From an uncultured Clostridium sp. (GTDB taxonomy: Bacteria; Bacillota; Clostridia; Lachnospirales; Lachnospiraceae), in assembly GCA_900544905.1 (NCBI GenBank), contig UQXF01000001.1, forward strand, positions 19,504-83,503: 64,000 bases of DNA. Reading direction: 5' to 3'. Below, in pieces: positions 31,738 through 40,569 of this stretch (the stretch's first letter is position 1; the number at the start of each line of letters is the position of its first letter). The translations under genes and the position numbers were made by a program. The notes beneath the pieces were generated by a model. It searched no databases, was not told the DNA's origin, and saw nothing but the letters and a program-made list of their open reading frames with translations.

Positions 31738-32751
31738 TTACATCCGAAAGCGCAATCCCGATTTGCATTCCAGTACCGCCTCTGTTATCCTGCATGGCGT
31801 CTCTCCATCCATATGAAACCACTGGGGCTGCTCCACGCCTACACTGATTTTTTTACAGGTATGCGCCGTGATACTCCGGAAAACAAAATGTTTTTTCACA
31901 TATACCAGCATTACTGCCAGCAGCAGCTTCCATTTCGGCATGTCCCTTACCAGACAGATATTAAGCATTCCGTCCGCCGGGTCTGCCTGGGGACAAAACG
32001 GTACGCCGCCCCCTTCTCTTTCGTGAATCATGCCCACCACAAAAAACAGATTGGGAACTGAGAGCTTCTCCCCATCATCCATACAGATGACCGCCGGTGC
32101 CGCTGTTCTTGTAAAAATCTGCTTCACACCAATTGCCACATAAACCAGCTTTCCAAGGTGAACCTTATTCAATACGGTCTTTAATCTGCTTCGGCTTACC
32201 TCCTCACAGATATCCGCATCGTATCCCACACCGCTGCTGATGATAAACCTTCTCCTCCGGGGCTGTCCAGCCCCGCTTTCCTCTGCCCGGTATGTAACCT
32301 CTCCATAATCGAGAATCCTCTCTTCTTTGTGATGTAAAATTCCATCCAGCGCCCGTCTCGTATTCTTATCAATTCCCATATTCCTGGCAAAATCATTTCC
32401 CGAGCCTGTGCGGATGCAGGAAAGAACCGTATGCTCAAAGGACTGAATGCCGTTTAATACTGCATTCAGGGTACCATCTCCCCCAAGAACCACCAGATGG
32501 CAGTCCTGTATTTCCATGGCTGCCGCCGCTTCATCTACATTATGTAAACTTACTGGCTCTGCCTGTGACAATTCTGACTGATACAATTCCGTCTGTGTCA
32601 GCGCTGCAACAAGCTCCGTCACTTCCCCTGCATTTTGCAGGATATGCGCCTCATATGCAATTCTTTCCTCCTTCAAAACAGCTTCCACCCCGCTCCAGAC
32701 GTGCAAGCCCTTTCCGGAAGAGGAAGCAGGATTAATAATAAAATGGTACAT
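31738..32751 (-). CDS. Diacylglycerol/lipid kinase family protein (DAGK_cat, YegS-like)
   Basis: It begins MYHFIINPASSSGKG and contains VVLGGDGTLNAV, the diacylglycerol kinase catalytic signature. Confidence 0.75.
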   Translation of the reverse strand: MYHFIINPASSSGKGLHVWSGVEAVLKEERIAYEAHILQNAGEVTELVAALTQTELYQSELSQAEPVSLHNVDEAAAAMEIQDCHLVVLGGDGTLNAVLNGIQSFEHTVLSCIRTGSGNDFARNMGIDKNTRRALDGILHHKEERILDYGEVTYRAEESGAGQPRRRRFIISSGVGYDADICEEVSRSRLKTVLNKVHLGKLVYVAIGVKQIFTRTAAPAVICMDDGEKLSVPNLFFVVGMIHEREGGGVPFCPQADPADGMLNICLVRDMPKWKLLLAVMLVYVKKHFVFRSITAHTCKKISVGVEQPQWFHMDGETPCRITEAVLECKSGLRFRM

Positions 32752-32789
32752 CGTTTTTCTCCCCTGTGGTAATATACCTTTATTATACC

Positions 32790-34145
32790 CTATTCTTTCT
32801 CTGCCGTATAGAAGTTAAAATTTGTTTTTATTTCTCCTGTTACATTCTGATACCGGTACACACTAAGCATAATTCCGAGCAATATATAAGTTGTAAGCAT
32901 TCCGGCACCTCCGTAGGTAATAAACGGACAATAAATCGCACTTGGCAAAAAACCGGAATTGCATAATACATAAAATACAAACTGTACCAGCAATACAATC
33001 GCACATCCGCTTCCCATAATCATCCCAAGCTGATTTTTTTGTAATATTGAGAGATGAAATCCCCGCCAAAACAGCAGCACAATCAACCCTACAACCACAA
33101 TTGCTGCCAGTATGCCATAATAAGTGGAAATATAAGCAAGGGTGTAATCATTTCCGGCAGGAAGCTTATCTGCTGTCCATTCTCCGGAATCCATAAGCCG
33201 GTTCATCCCTATCCATTGGTTATTAGTCAGAAAATCCCACGTAAATCTGCCATATTGGTAATCGCTCTCCACCTGAAACGGATGCAGCCAGAACTGAATC
33301 CTGTCTTTCATATAAGAATTGCCGGAAAAGGATATAAGATTTACCAACGCCACCGGTACCATGATTGCAACAATTCCCATAATACATAGTATGAGCTTCC
33401 GTGATACCCGGAACCAGTTTTTACAGACTGCCACTGCTAAAGTCCCGCCAAAGGACAATCCGATTATTACCATCATCGGGAGATTCACAGACAACAGAAG
33501 CACCAGAAATACCGGCAATGCCCAGAGTACACCTTTTACAAGCGCCCGGTATCCCTCTCCCCTGCAGCTGTAAAGAATGGCTCCATAAAGGGGCACAAAT
33601 AGCGGTAAAAAACTGGACAGATTATAATGTCCATAAAAAGGAATATCCAGCCAGATATTATGCATAACCCCCACACCGTTTACCAGCAGACTAAGTATGC
33701 TGATACCTGCCAATACAAGATAAATCATCTTAGCCCATTTTCCAATTCTGCTGTAATCCAGCATACAAATTCCAATCATTACTGCAATACCGGCTGCAAT
33801 GCAAATAACTGCTTTTGCAGGAGACGGCATAAAACTGCTCTGCCCAAAATGTACGCTTAGCAGATACTGAACCAGCAGCCCTATTCCACTTAAAAATATT
33901 ATCAGAAGAATCATATCCCACGCCATCTGCGGCTTATGAATCCGGTCAAGCTCAATTCCCGTCTCCACCGGGTCTCCCATCTGCCGGACTGCCTCTTCTT
34001 CTGCTTCCTCTTCCTCCATTCCATCCGCCATATAAGCACATTTCTGGTCTTCTATATGGCTGCGGATTTCTTCCTCTACCATGCCTCTTGCCTTTTTACA
34101 GCGGAGCTGTTCCATCAGTATTTCCAAATATTCCTGCTGTTTCAT
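32790..34145 (-). CDS. FtsW/RodA/SpoVE-family membrane protein with an N-terminal cytoplasmic permease-prefix (DUF1700/HAAS-like) domain
   Basis: The N-terminal ~75 aa reads MKQQEYLEILMEQLRCKKARGMVEEEIRSHIEDQ...AVRQMGDPVETGIELDRIHKP, a permease-prefix domain. The C-terminal polytopic region ends in PFITYGG, like the SEDS motif. It overlaps the PadR gene by 4 nt. Confidence 0.5.
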   Translation of the reverse strand: MKQQEYLEILMEQLRCKKARGMVEEEIRSHIEDQKCAYMADGMEEEEAEEEAVRQMGDPVETGIELDRIHKPQMAWDMILLIIFLSGIGLLVQYLLSVHFGQSSFMPSPAKAVICIAAGIAVMIGICMLDYSRIGKWAKMIYLVLAGISILSLLVNGVGVMHNIWLDIPFYGHYNLSSFLPLFVPLYGAILYSCRGEGYRALVKGVLWALPVFLVLLLSVNLPMMVIIGLSFGGTLAVAVCKNWFRVSRKLILCIMGIVAIMVPVALVNLISFSGNSYMKDRIQFWLHPFQVESDYQYGRFTWDFLTNNQWIGMNRLMDSGEWTADKLPAGNDYTLAYISTYYGILAAIVVVGLIVLLFWRGFHLSILQKNQLGMIMGSGCAIVLLVQFVFYVLCNSGFLPSAIYCPFITYGGAGMLTTYILLGIMLSVYRYQNVTGEIKTNFNFYTAEKE

Positions 34146-34537
34146 GCCATTCCCCCCAGACTATCGAAAAATATATCTGCTGACAGGTTGTCCCCACCAT
34201 GCTGTATCTGCTGCCTTATATTTAAAACATTGGCAACCGCTTCGGAATAGGTTTCCCACTCCTGTCTTTTCTCCTTCAGTACCCTATGCCCCTCCTTTGT
34301 AATCCTGTAGTATTTCCGTACTTTTCCTCCCACCTCTTTCTCATATACGGTAAGAAGCTTCTTCTGTTCCAGGCTATGCAGCAACGGATACAGGGTTCCC
34401 GCCTTTAACTCAAAAACATTCTGGGAACGTGCCCTCAGTGTTTCAATCATCTCATAGCCATACATATCCTTTTCTGCCAGCAGCTTTAATAACAGCATTG
34501 TAGTACTGCCAGATACCAGACTTTTGTCAACTGCCAT
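34142..34537 (-). CDS. PadR-family transcriptional regulator
   Basis: The 131-aa product contains MYGYEMIETL...GTLYPLLHSLEQKKLL, a PadR winged helix. Confidence 0.8.
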   Translation of the reverse strand: MAVDKSLVSGSTTMLLLKLLAEKDMYGYEMIETLRARSQNVFELKAGTLYPLLHSLEQKKLLTVYEKEVGGKVRKYYRITKEGHRVLKEKRQEWETYSEAVANVLNIRQQIQHGGDNLSADIFFDSLGGMA

Positions 34538-34600
34538 TCTGATTACCTCCTTGACTTTTTTAAAAACACAGAAAATTTATCTGCATCTTTTCTTTTTATT

Positions 34601-34647
34601 ATATAGATTATCTATATATTGTCATATTATATCGGTTATCTATATAT
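34601..34647. promoter_or_regulatory. Two palindromic operator-like sites upstream of the PadR operon
   Basis: There is a perfect 17-bp palindrome atatagat-t-atctatat (34601-34617). A second related copy ggttatctatatat lies about 30 bp downstream. Confidence 0.3.
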
Positions 34648-34796
34648 GTCAAGAAAATACTCTCCTTTTTATTTTTTCTTAAGAAAGTTATTTTTTGTTT
34701 TGACTCAAAAATGGTCCACCGGACCTTTTTCTCATATGCATGGCAACAAAAAAGCAGGATACATTCTTTCACAAAAATATATCCTGCTTTATTTTA

Positions 34797-35150
34797 TCAA
34801 TCATTTATCTTTTTGTATTCGCCCACCTGCTCCAATACCATATGTTCAACAGTATTACTGACATAAAAACCATTCTTTCGCATTTCTAACAATAAAGGAC
34901 TAATTTCTTCTATTTTGCCCTGCTGCTTTGCTTTATACATTTTCTTTTCACTATAATCATGAATCTGTTCTACATGAATCCAATCCCCTGCAGAACAAAT
35001 CTGCACACAGACCGAATCGTCTTTTGCCGTCACTTCCTGGAATACAGCATAAGGTATATAAATTTCCTGATACATCTCTCTCAAAATATCCAGTCTGCCA
35101 ATCCCACAAAGTACAATCAAAGGAGTAGAGTTAACAATTACTTTACGCAT
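34797..35150 (-). CDS. DUF3368 (PIN-like nuclease) protein, the putative toxin of a DUF3368/UPF0175 toxin-antitoxin pair
   Basis: The 117-aa product begins MRKVIVNSTPLIVLCGIGRLDIL, as in the DUF3368 family. It overlaps the upstream UPF0175 gene by 8 nt. Confidence 0.6.
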   Translation of the reverse strand: MRKVIVNSTPLIVLCGIGRLDILREMYQEIYIPYAVFQEVTAKDDSVCVQICSAGDWIHVEQIHDYSEKKMYKAKQQGKIEEISPLLLEMRKNGFYVSNTVEHMVLEQVGEYKKIND

Positions 35151-35409
35151 GTTCTATCTCCTCCAAAAACTCTTCTTTATTGTCATATTGAAAAATAGAT
35201 ACATGATTCTGCCCTAAATATTTTATAAATTCTTCCTCTGTCATCCCTGCAATCTGCGAACAATATCCGATAGATACACCGCTTTGTGTATAATATCCAA
35301 GTGCTACTGCTCGTCTTGCAAATTGCTCCGCCTGTTCATGGTTCATTTTGGTATCAAAAAGGACTTCGTCTGGTATACTAAATGCTATCTGACACATAAT
35401 CATTCCCAT
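35143..35409 (-). CDS. UPF0175-family antitoxin-like protein
   Basis: The 88-aa product contains ...EQAEQFARRAVALGYYTQSGVSIGYCSQIAGMTEEEFIKYLGQN, typical of UPF0175. It is paired with the DUF3368 gene. Confidence 0.6.
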   Translation of the reverse strand: MGMIMCQIAFSIPDEVLFDTKMNHEQAEQFARRAVALGYYTQSGVSIGYCSQIAGMTEEEFIKYLGQNHVSIFQYDNKEEFLEEIEHA

Positions 35410-35617
35410 TCGTATTAATTCTGGTTACTTTCCTATTTTACCACAACTTATAAAAATTAGCCATTATAATCTATAGAACCTCTCTGCTTTATTATATGAA
35501 AACGAATTGCCATTCCAAGCCCGGCTCCCATCAGATTCTTTTTTGTAAATGCAGATATGGCAAAACCAATGGTTCCGATTTCAAGCTGCTATGATACTTT
35601 ACTTATCCATCCTTTTC

Positions 35618-36859
35618 CTACTGCACCTGGTGTCTCTTAAATGCCCTGCCTGCAAAAGGCATCAGTACCACCAGCATCAGCAGATACACCACATACCGCA
35701 TACCGATATAGTCAAAGACTACCTTTCCAAACGGATAAGAGAGCAGCGTTCTCGTTCCGTGGTCCATCGCATTAAATGGAAGCAGATACAAAATATGATT
35801 ATAAATGCCATTGGTCTGACTGCTCTTTAAGAAAAGTGCGATAAAAAATATAAACAGCATAATTGCCAGCACCGGCAGTCCGTTTTTCATCCTCGCCGAC
35901 ACAAACAGGGTAAGGGCAGTCATTCCCAAGGCAACCACATATAAAATGCCAACACAGACCAGCACTGTTTCCAGATAGGTAAACGGATACGGAATTTCCA
36001 AATCAAAATTCTGAACCGGAAGATTCCAGCCCTCTATGCCATAGCTTAACAGAATAATGAGAAAGCTGACTGCAATATTTATTGTATGAAACAAGGCTCC
36101 AAACAGGAGAGCCGCAAGGTTTTTGGCTGCAACAACCTTACTTTTCCCATATTTTGTAGTCAGTATAATATGGTCTGCATTGCTCTCATATTCCCCTGCA
36201 TATGTGGTGGCTGTCATAATAAATAAACTCACAAGAGGGATGCAGAAAAAGCCCATGATATCTAGTATTCTTGCCCAGCCCTCCGCATAGCCATAAGTAA
36301 TCGGGGTTTCTATTTTTTCACTCTTTTTCAGCCAGTATTCCTGCTCCGCCTTAGTGTACTGCCAGTCGCTGCTGCCGGCAAGCAGAGTATTGCGCAGCTT
36401 TTTCTGCCTTGTCTCGTAAAAGCCGTCCTCCGCTTCCAAATTAAGCTCCCTTAGATTGGCTCCCCAGGTCTGGATGCCCGGTTCATCATAGTTATGCCCT
36501 ATCAGCAGGAACAAATCTCTCCTTGGCGTATAATACTCATAATACAGCGAGTCCACCAAATGCCAGTCATTCCCCTCTCCTTCGGAGTTTCCCGGAGCAG
36601 ATGCTATTTCCTGGTATTCCCCTACCAGCTGTTCCACCCTTTCATCTGTCAGAGGACCGGCTAATGCATCCAGGGTCTCCTTTTTATAGGCAGCGTAATC
36701 CAGCCCTGAAGCCTTGTTTCCTTCCTCGTCATAAATCCATGTCTGTTGTATCGACATCAACATAAACACTGCCATAAGAACACAGGTACCCCAGAAAACA
36801 ATCAGGTTCATTTTTTTCTTATATAACTTCATAAACTCAAATTTAATTAATGTACACAT
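35618..36859 (-). CDS. ABC-2-type transporter permease
   Basis: The 413-aa protein has six predicted transmembrane segments and lies immediately downstream of the ABC ATPase. Confidence 0.55.
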   Translation of the reverse strand: MCTLIKFEFMKLYKKKMNLIVFWGTCVLMAVFMLMSIQQTWIYDEEGNKASGLDYAAYKKETLDALAGPLTDERVEQLVGEYQEIASAPGNSEGEGNDWHLVDSLYYEYYTPRRDLFLLIGHNYDEPGIQTWGANLRELNLEAEDGFYETRQKKLRNTLLAGSSDWQYTKAEQEYWLKKSEKIETPITYGYAEGWARILDIMGFFCIPLVSLFIMTATTYAGEYESNADHIILTTKYGKSKVVAAKNLAALLFGALFHTINIAVSFLIILLSYGIEGWNLPVQNFDLEIPYPFTYLETVLVCVGILYVVALGMTALTLFVSARMKNGLPVLAIMLFIFFIALFLKSSQTNGIYNHILYLLPFNAMDHGTRTLLSYPFGKVVFDYIGMRYVVYLLMLVVLMPFAGRAFKRHQVQ

Positions 36860-36879
36860 ATAGCTTCCTCCTCACTATC

Positions 36880-37734
36880 CTAAAACTGGTATAAATACAA
36901 ATCCTCCAGGGTTGGTGCTACATGCTCCGCCATATCTGACGGAGCCTCCCCGCTTACAATCCGAAGCTCCACCATATCCTCTACGTGATGGAGATTAATA
37001 ATGTTATACCGGGCACAGAGGGTATCTGCACTTTCCCTGTCCGTTACCACCTTCCAGACCTTGTCTGAAATGGACTCCACCAGCTCTGTCACCGTTCCCC
37101 TTGCAATAAAGGCTCCGTTTTTCATCATCAGTATTTCATCTGCAATATACTCCACATCAGACACAATATGGGTAGATAAAATGACCAGCCTGTCACTGGC
37201 AATATCCGATATGAGATTGCGGAAGCGGACTCTTTCCTTTGGGTCAAGACCTGCTGTAGGCTCATCCAGCACTAAAATTTTCGGGTCATTTATCATCGCC
37301 TGGGCAATTCCCAGACGCTGCTTCATTCCGCCGGAGAAGGTCTTGATTTTCTTATTTGCTACTTCCTTCAATCCCACCATTTCCAGCAGCTCATCTGCCC
37401 TCCGCTTTGCATTTGCAGGCGGCAGCCCCTTAAGTGCCGCAATATAGAGCATAAACTCCTTCGCTTTAAATTCAGGATAATATCCAAAATCCTGGGGAAG
37501 ATAACCAAGCTGCTCCCTGAATTCTTCTCCCATATCCAGATTATTCACTCCGTCCAGCTTGATTTCTCCGGATGTCGGTGTCAGTATTCCGCAAATCATA
37601 CGCATCAATGTGGTTTTTCCCGCTCCGTTTGCACCGAGCAGTCCGTATACCCCGTTTCCAAACTCTCCATCCAGCCTGTCTACGGCAATTTTACTGCCGT
37701 ATTGCTTTGTCAGCTGTTCTATCGTTAATACCAT
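36880..37734 (-). CDS. ABC transporter ATP-binding protein
   Basis: It has the Walker A motif GANGAGKTT, the ABC signature LSGGMKQR and the Walker B motif ILVLDEPT. Confidence 0.85.
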   Translation of the reverse strand: MVLTIEQLTKQYGSKIAVDRLDGEFGNGVYGLLGANGAGKTTLMRMICGILTPTSGEIKLDGVNNLDMGEEFREQLGYLPQDFGYYPEFKAKEFMLYIAALKGLPPANAKRRADELLEMVGLKEVANKKIKTFSGGMKQRLGIAQAMINDPKILVLDEPTAGLDPKERVRFRNLISDIASDRLVILSTHIVSDVEYIADEILMMKNGAFIARGTVTELVESISDKVWKVVTDRESADTLCARYNIINLHHVEDMVELRIVSGEAPSDMAEHVAPTLEDLYLYQF

Positions 37735-37777
37735 ATCATTTCCTCCTGTCTTTCTAAGTCAACAACCCCGCTGCAAA

Positions 37778-38545
37778 TTATCCCTCTGCAGCCAGCAGTC
37801 CCTCACAATGTAATACGTCCTTCCAAACCTCCCTTATGACCTTTACCAGAACCAGCAGGGAAGCAATGCATACCAGCAGCCACATATCCTGGTTCTCCCT
37901 GCTGTAAACCAGAGGTCTGTAAAACGCAATCATCACAAAGCACACACATACACAGCCGGTATAAGCAAGAGCCTGATATCCATACATACCCTTTCCGGCG
38001 TATTTCAGCAGATAAATCAGCCCGATTACGGTAAGATTAAAGGGCACCAGGCTATAGAGCAGAATCCCGAACAGGCTTTCATCCAGATAAATATTTAAAA
38101 ATGTGACAAAGCCGCCAAGCACTAATAAATCCGCAGTTCCTAAAATACACATTCTGGAAAGCACCAGCTTCTTTAAGGAATATTTTGTTGCCATCTCAAT
38201 TTCCAGCATGCTTTTATAACAGATTTTTGCAAGTTCCTCGATATGAAATACCAGAAGCATCGGGGTCATTGCAGAGACTACGGAAAGTATTCTGTAATCC
38301 CTATACCCAATTTCAAGCAAACGGTATAGAATCATGCAGATTACCACAAAAACCGCCAATTGCCCAATCCACGTATGAGGTCTGATAAAGCCAAGCTGCC
38401 CCAAAATAAACTGCCGGTCCGTCATCCGGCAGGGCTGTCTCATATCCTGCAGCAGTGCCCTGGTTTTTTCTTTTCTTTTCCGGTCTGGTGCCGGAACCTG
38501 ATACTGCTTAAGTCTTTTCTTTAACTCCATTTCCTCTCCTGTCAT
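37778..38545 (-). CDS. Membrane protein, a putative anti-sigma factor partnered with the upstream ECF sigma gene
   Basis: The 255-aa product has a short cytoplasmic N-terminus followed by multiple transmembrane helices. It overlaps the sigma gene by 4 nt (ATGA). The call rests on gene context only. Confidence 0.35.
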   Translation of the reverse strand: MTGEEMELKKRLKQYQVPAPDRKRKEKTRALLQDMRQPCRMTDRQFILGQLGFIRPHTWIGQLAVFVVICMILYRLLEIGYRDYRILSVVSAMTPMLLVFHIEELAKICYKSMLEIEMATKYSLKKLVLSRMCILGTADLLVLGGFVTFLNIYLDESLFGILLYSLVPFNLTVIGLIYLLKYAGKGMYGYQALAYTGCVCVCFVMIAFYRPLVYSRENQDMWLLVCIASLLVLVKVIREVWKDVLHCEGLLAAEG

Positions 38546-39050
38546 ATGCCTGCCTCCTTTCCTAACAATTCCTGTCCCTTTTTTAAATGATATTTCACCG
38601 TGGATAATTTCAAATCCAGTATTTTGGCAATATCCTTTATCTTCCTGTCCTGATAAAAACGGAGATAAATAATTTCCCTTTCCAGCTCCGGCAGCCTGTC
38701 TAACGCTTCCTTTACCGCCAATGCCTGCTCGGCTTTTACAAAGCCTTCCTCCTCTGCCTGCAGCTCCACATCCTCAAGGGAATAAAATTTCTTCTTTTTG
38801 TAAAAATCCCTGCACAAATTTCCGGCGACCACATATAAATAATTTTCAAATTTTCCATAATGCCGGTAATCCTCTATATATGCTTAAATACCCTTAAGAA
38901 CACTTCCTGTGTCAAATCCTGTGCATTTTCCCTGTGGGTCACATGTCGGTAGCAGTAGCCATACACCCGGTCATAATATTTGTCAAACAGGGCATTGATT
39001 CCCTCTTTGTCACCCTTTTTCAGTTGTTTTATGAATCTGGTATCTTCCAC
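38542..39050 (-). pseudogene. ECF-type sigma-70 family sigma factor interrupted by a frameshift (2-nt insertion in a TA tract)
   Basis: Region 2 (MEDTRFIKQLKKGDKEGINALFDKYYDRVYGYCYRHVTHRENAQDLTQEVFLRVFKHI, then a stop) is read in one frame. It starts at the GTG at 39050, with GGAAGGA upstream. Region 2.3 through region 4 (AYIEDYRHYGKFENYLYVVAGNLCRDFY...LSTVKYHLKKG) continues in another frame. The two frames switch at gcatatatagag (38874-38882). Deleting one TA dinucleotide restores a single ~167-aa ECF sigma ORF. Confidence 0.6.
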
Positions 39051-39257
39051 TATGCCATCCTTCCCGCAGCAGGGAATCTGCTACAATCCGCCTTGCTGTT
39101 TCCTTGTTCTGTTTGAAACGTTTCACTTATTATAACGATTCTAATCCGAAAAAAGTCAAACTATCCAAAAAATTTCTTCTAAAAATTTTTCTTTTTTGGT
39201 ATAAATTTTCAAATCCGTATTCATAATAACCATATATCAATAAAAAGGAGAATCAAA

Positions 39258-39443
39258 ATGAGTAATTTATCAGAAAAAGAATTATCTGCATTAAACGATT
39301 GTTTATCGGAAGAAGAATTACTGGTAAAAAAATTCCAGATGCTGGCAAGTCATGCCACAGATGCAAATGTAAGAAGTGAAATGGAAGAAATTTCCAAGAG
39401 ACACCAGTCACATTTTAACAAGCTTTATAGTCATTTAAGTTAG
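39258..39443 (+). CDS. Small spore coat protein F-like (Coat_F domain) protein
   Basis: The 61-aa product has LSALNDCLSEEELLVKKFQMLASHATDANVR, the Coat_F helix pattern. It is the first gene of a two-gene forward-strand unit. Confidence 0.45.
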   Translation: MSNLSEKELSALNDCLSEEELLVKKFQMLASHATDANVRSEMEEISKRHQSHFNKLYSHLS

Positions 39444-39453
39444 GAGGATAACG

Positions 39454-39720
39454 ATGGAATTATATAAAGAAAAAGAAATATTAGGCGACGCCTTAGCTGC
39501 ACAGAAATCAGCTACCAATCTGTTCAATACTTTCTCAAATGAATGTGTACATGAAGGACTTCGTTCCACCATGTTAGATATCCTTGCCGATGAACACACG
39601 ATGCAGCAGGATGTATTCTGCTCCATGCATGAAAGAGGCTTCTATCCTACTCCGGATGCAGAGCAGAACAAGATTGATGAGGCAAAGCAGAAATATTCAT
39701 GCTCTTATAAGCCGTTGTAA
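39454..39720 (+). CDS. Spore coat protein F-like (Coat_F domain) protein
   Basis: The 88-aa product has ILGDALAAQKSATNLFNTFSNECVHEGLRSTMLDIL, as in the Coat_F family. A terminator hairpin ccgcaaatc-N8-gatttgcgg follows at 39744-39775. Confidence 0.5.
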   Translation: MELYKEKEILGDALAAQKSATNLFNTFSNECVHEGLRSTMLDILADEHTMQQDVFCSMHERGFYPTPDAEQNKIDEAKQKYSCSYKPL

Positions 39721-39818
39721 TACCGGCTTTTACCTGAAAAATACCGCAAATCTGTAATTGGATTTGCGGTATTTTGCGGGACATTTTTATCTTCTCAATC
39801 ATTCTATTCTACCTAATA

Positions 39819-40478
39819 CTACGATATCTTTTCTAATTTTTCACTATGTTCTTGGATTACAACTTTCATAATATCAATATCATCCTGCATACTGTCAATC
39901 TGTGCAGCCTTTTCCATATAAATTTTGGAAGAATCCACATACATTTTTTCAATGGTCCGAACTCTTGGTAAGACTTCATTTTCAAGCAGAATGCTATTAC
40001 GCCTTACTTCTTTTTCTAATGAATCCATTCTGCTGGTCAAGCTTCCGACATTTTTCTGTAAGGTGCTTATGTCCTCTTTTATGTTGCCTACTTCTTCCTG
40101 TAAGCCGCTCACGTCTTCTTTCAAACCGCTTACATCCTCTTTCAGACTCCCTACCTCTTCCTTCAAGCCGCTTACGTCCTCTTTCAGGCTTCCTACCTCT
40201 TCCTTCAAGCCGCTCACGTCTTCTTTCAGACTCCCTACTTCTTCCTTCAAGCCGCTTACATCTTCTTTCAGGCTTCCTACTTCTTCCTTCAAGCCGCTTA
40301 CGTCTTCTTTCAGGCTTCCTACCTCTTCCTTTAAGCCGCTTACGTCTTCTTTCAGGCTTCCTACTTCTTCCTTCAAGCCGCTTACATCTTCTTTTAAGCC
40401 ATGGATATCCTGTTTAATTGGCTCAAGCTTTGCTTCCACAATGTCTGAAATTGCGGATAATAATTCCTTATCTGACAT
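39819..40478 (-). CDS. Coiled-coil protein built from tandem heptad repeats (EDVSGLK/EEVGSLK, 15 copies)
   Basis: The start was trimmed to MSDKELLSAIS, where AAGGGAGGG sits 6 nt upstream of the ATG at 40478. The central 105 aa are perfect alternating heptads. The C-terminus is a non-repetitive helical region. Confidence 0.6.
   Translation of the reverse strand: MSDKELLSAISDIVEAKLEPIKQDIHGLKEDVSGLKEEVGSLKEDVSGLKEEVGSLKEDVSGLKEEVGSLKEDVSGLKEEVGSLKEDVSGLKEEVGSLKEDVSGLKEEVGSLKEDVSGLKEDVSGLQEEVGNIKEDISTLQKNVGSLTSRMDSLEKEVRRNSILLENEVLPRVRTIEKMYVDSSKIYMEKAAQIDSMQDDIDIMKVVIQEHSEKLEKIS
40087..40400. repeat. Near-perfect tandem DNA repeat, 21-bp unit with 42-bp super-period, about 7.5 copies, inside a coding sequence
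   Basis: The unit cttcaagccgcttacgtcttctttcaggcttcctacctcttc is repeated with only synonymous c/t differences. Confidence 0.85.
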
Positions 40479-40569
40479 AAATGCCCTCCCTTCTTCATAT
40501 AGTAGTGCAATTATATCAGAATACACGCATTGTGTCAATCCGAAAGAGAGGTATGTGTACACAAAAAAT

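Noticed and set aside
40087-40400. Considered whether the regular 42-bp repeat array could be a CRISPR array
   Set aside because: There are no variable spacers, as the copies are contiguous and nearly identical. The period is in-frame and encodes heptads. No cas genes are nearby.
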